A stretch of 44,017 nt of DNA from an uncultured Gammaproteobacteria bacterium (GTDB lineage: Bacteria > Patescibacteriota > Patescibacteriia > Magasanikbacterales > UBA922): assembly GCA_964394405.1 (NCBI GenBank), contig CAYMVY010000001.1, forward strand, positions 299,219 through 343,235, given 5' to 3'. Under the pieces are notes generated by a model. That model was not told the DNA's origin, searched no databases, and saw nothing but the letters and a program-made list of their open reading frames with translations. A program made the translations under genes and the position numbers. Positions within the stretch are counted from its first letter, which is position 1, and each line of letters opens with the position of its first letter. This document shows, one piece after another, positions 43,489 to 44,017 of the stretch.

Positions 43489-44017
43489 ATGGTATTTTCA
43501 GATCTAGATAAGAAGATTTTGACTTACATCGAACTTCAGGCGGATGTTAGTGTTCCAAATATAGCAAAAAAATTAAATTTGAGAACACATACAATTTATT
43601 ACGTAATCAATAAACTTGAACAGGAGGGAATCATAAAAAAAGTTCCATTTATTAATATGGCACGATTGGGCTACAGTGATTTTTATGTATTTTTCTCTCT
43701 CGCATCACATGACTCGAGTCAGAGGCAAGAATTAATTCAGTATTTGCTAAAAAGTCAATTAGTAACATGGTTTGTAGAATTGGGTGGGGAGTATCAGTAT
43801 ATTTCCGCGCTCTATGTGAAAAATACAATAGAGTTTTCAAATTTTTTACTTGACGTCTCTAGTAGATTTGGTCGATTATTTTTTAAAAAAGCATTTAGTC
43901 TGCATATAAAATCAGCAAGATTTAATCGTACGTATCTTTTCCCCGAGTCCAAAAGACAAATAATAACCACACAGGCTACTGAAGATATTGTTGTAGTTGA
44001 TGAGTTGGATCATAGAA
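43489..44017 (+). CDS. Lrp/AsnC-like winged-helix regulator, partial (runs off the window).
   Basis: The ATG is at 43489. My translation is MVFSDLDKKILTYIELQADVSVPNIAKKLNLRTHTIYYVINKLEQEGIIKKVPFINMARLGYSDFYVFFSL... with no stop to the window end. It is absent from the ORF track because it is open-ended. Confidence 0.6.
   Translation, partial: MVFSDLDKKILTYIELQADVSVPNIAKKLNLRTHTIYYVINKLEQEGIIKKVPFINMARLGYSDFYVFFSLASHDSSQRQELIQYLLKSQLVTWFVELGGEYQYISALYVKNTIEFSNFLLDVSSRFGRLFFKKAFSLHIKSARFNRTYLFPESKRQIITTQATEDIVVVDELDHR

Overview
The window holds about 37 kb of an integrated temperate phage (its left end lies beyond the window) plus about 7 kb of host flank.

**Phage late genes** (minus strand, 18.4 kb down to 1): small and large terminase, portal, scaffold, HK97-type major capsid, and a beta-helix tailspike. 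These are followed by a fibre-like protein of 25 perfectly phased 14-residue repeats, a LysM protein, and a 1058-aa virion or ejection-type protein with an embedded nucleotidyltransferase motif. The first gene of a probable lysis cassette runs off the left edge. No tail tube, sheath or tape-measure gene is visible, so the phage looks podovirus-like.

**Upstream of the late genes:** a ParB-like protein, a Dam-family methyltransferase, a small PD-(D/E)xK nuclease, and a ~320-nt strongly structured, promoter-proximal leader.

**Right end of the phage:** a replication-type wHTH protein with internal iteron-like repeats, and a divergent Cro-like / CI-like (XRE + S24) switch with four 18-bp palindromic operators. 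A large serine recombinase follows. Its last 31 codons run antisense through tRNA-Ser(CGA) (36885-36974), which marks the junction with host DNA.

**Cargo block:** an ~11.5 kb plus-strand, visibly more AT-rich block sits between the early and late modules.
- A seven-gene, almost gap-free operon encodes Fic, a degenerate RadC/JAB protein, and two permuted N6/N4-type DNA methyltransferases. It also encodes two orphan proteins (one with a PD-ExK-like motif) and a 960-aa PHP + SMC/ABC-like ATPase. This is my best candidate for an undescribed composite restriction/defence system.
- An rnk-like / half-size MFS / CaCA antiporter operon sits behind a promoter, leader-peptide and attenuator-like element.

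**Host flank (37.0-44.0 kb):** O-antigen-ligase-like protein, Wzx-type flippase, SpoIID-domain protein, an XRE regulator with two 20-bp palindromic operators plus a membrane protein, a structured intergenic region, and a partial Lrp/AsnC-like regulator.

Start codons generally lack Shine-Dalgarno sequences. All functional calls come from motif recognition by eye; no database search or folding program was run.
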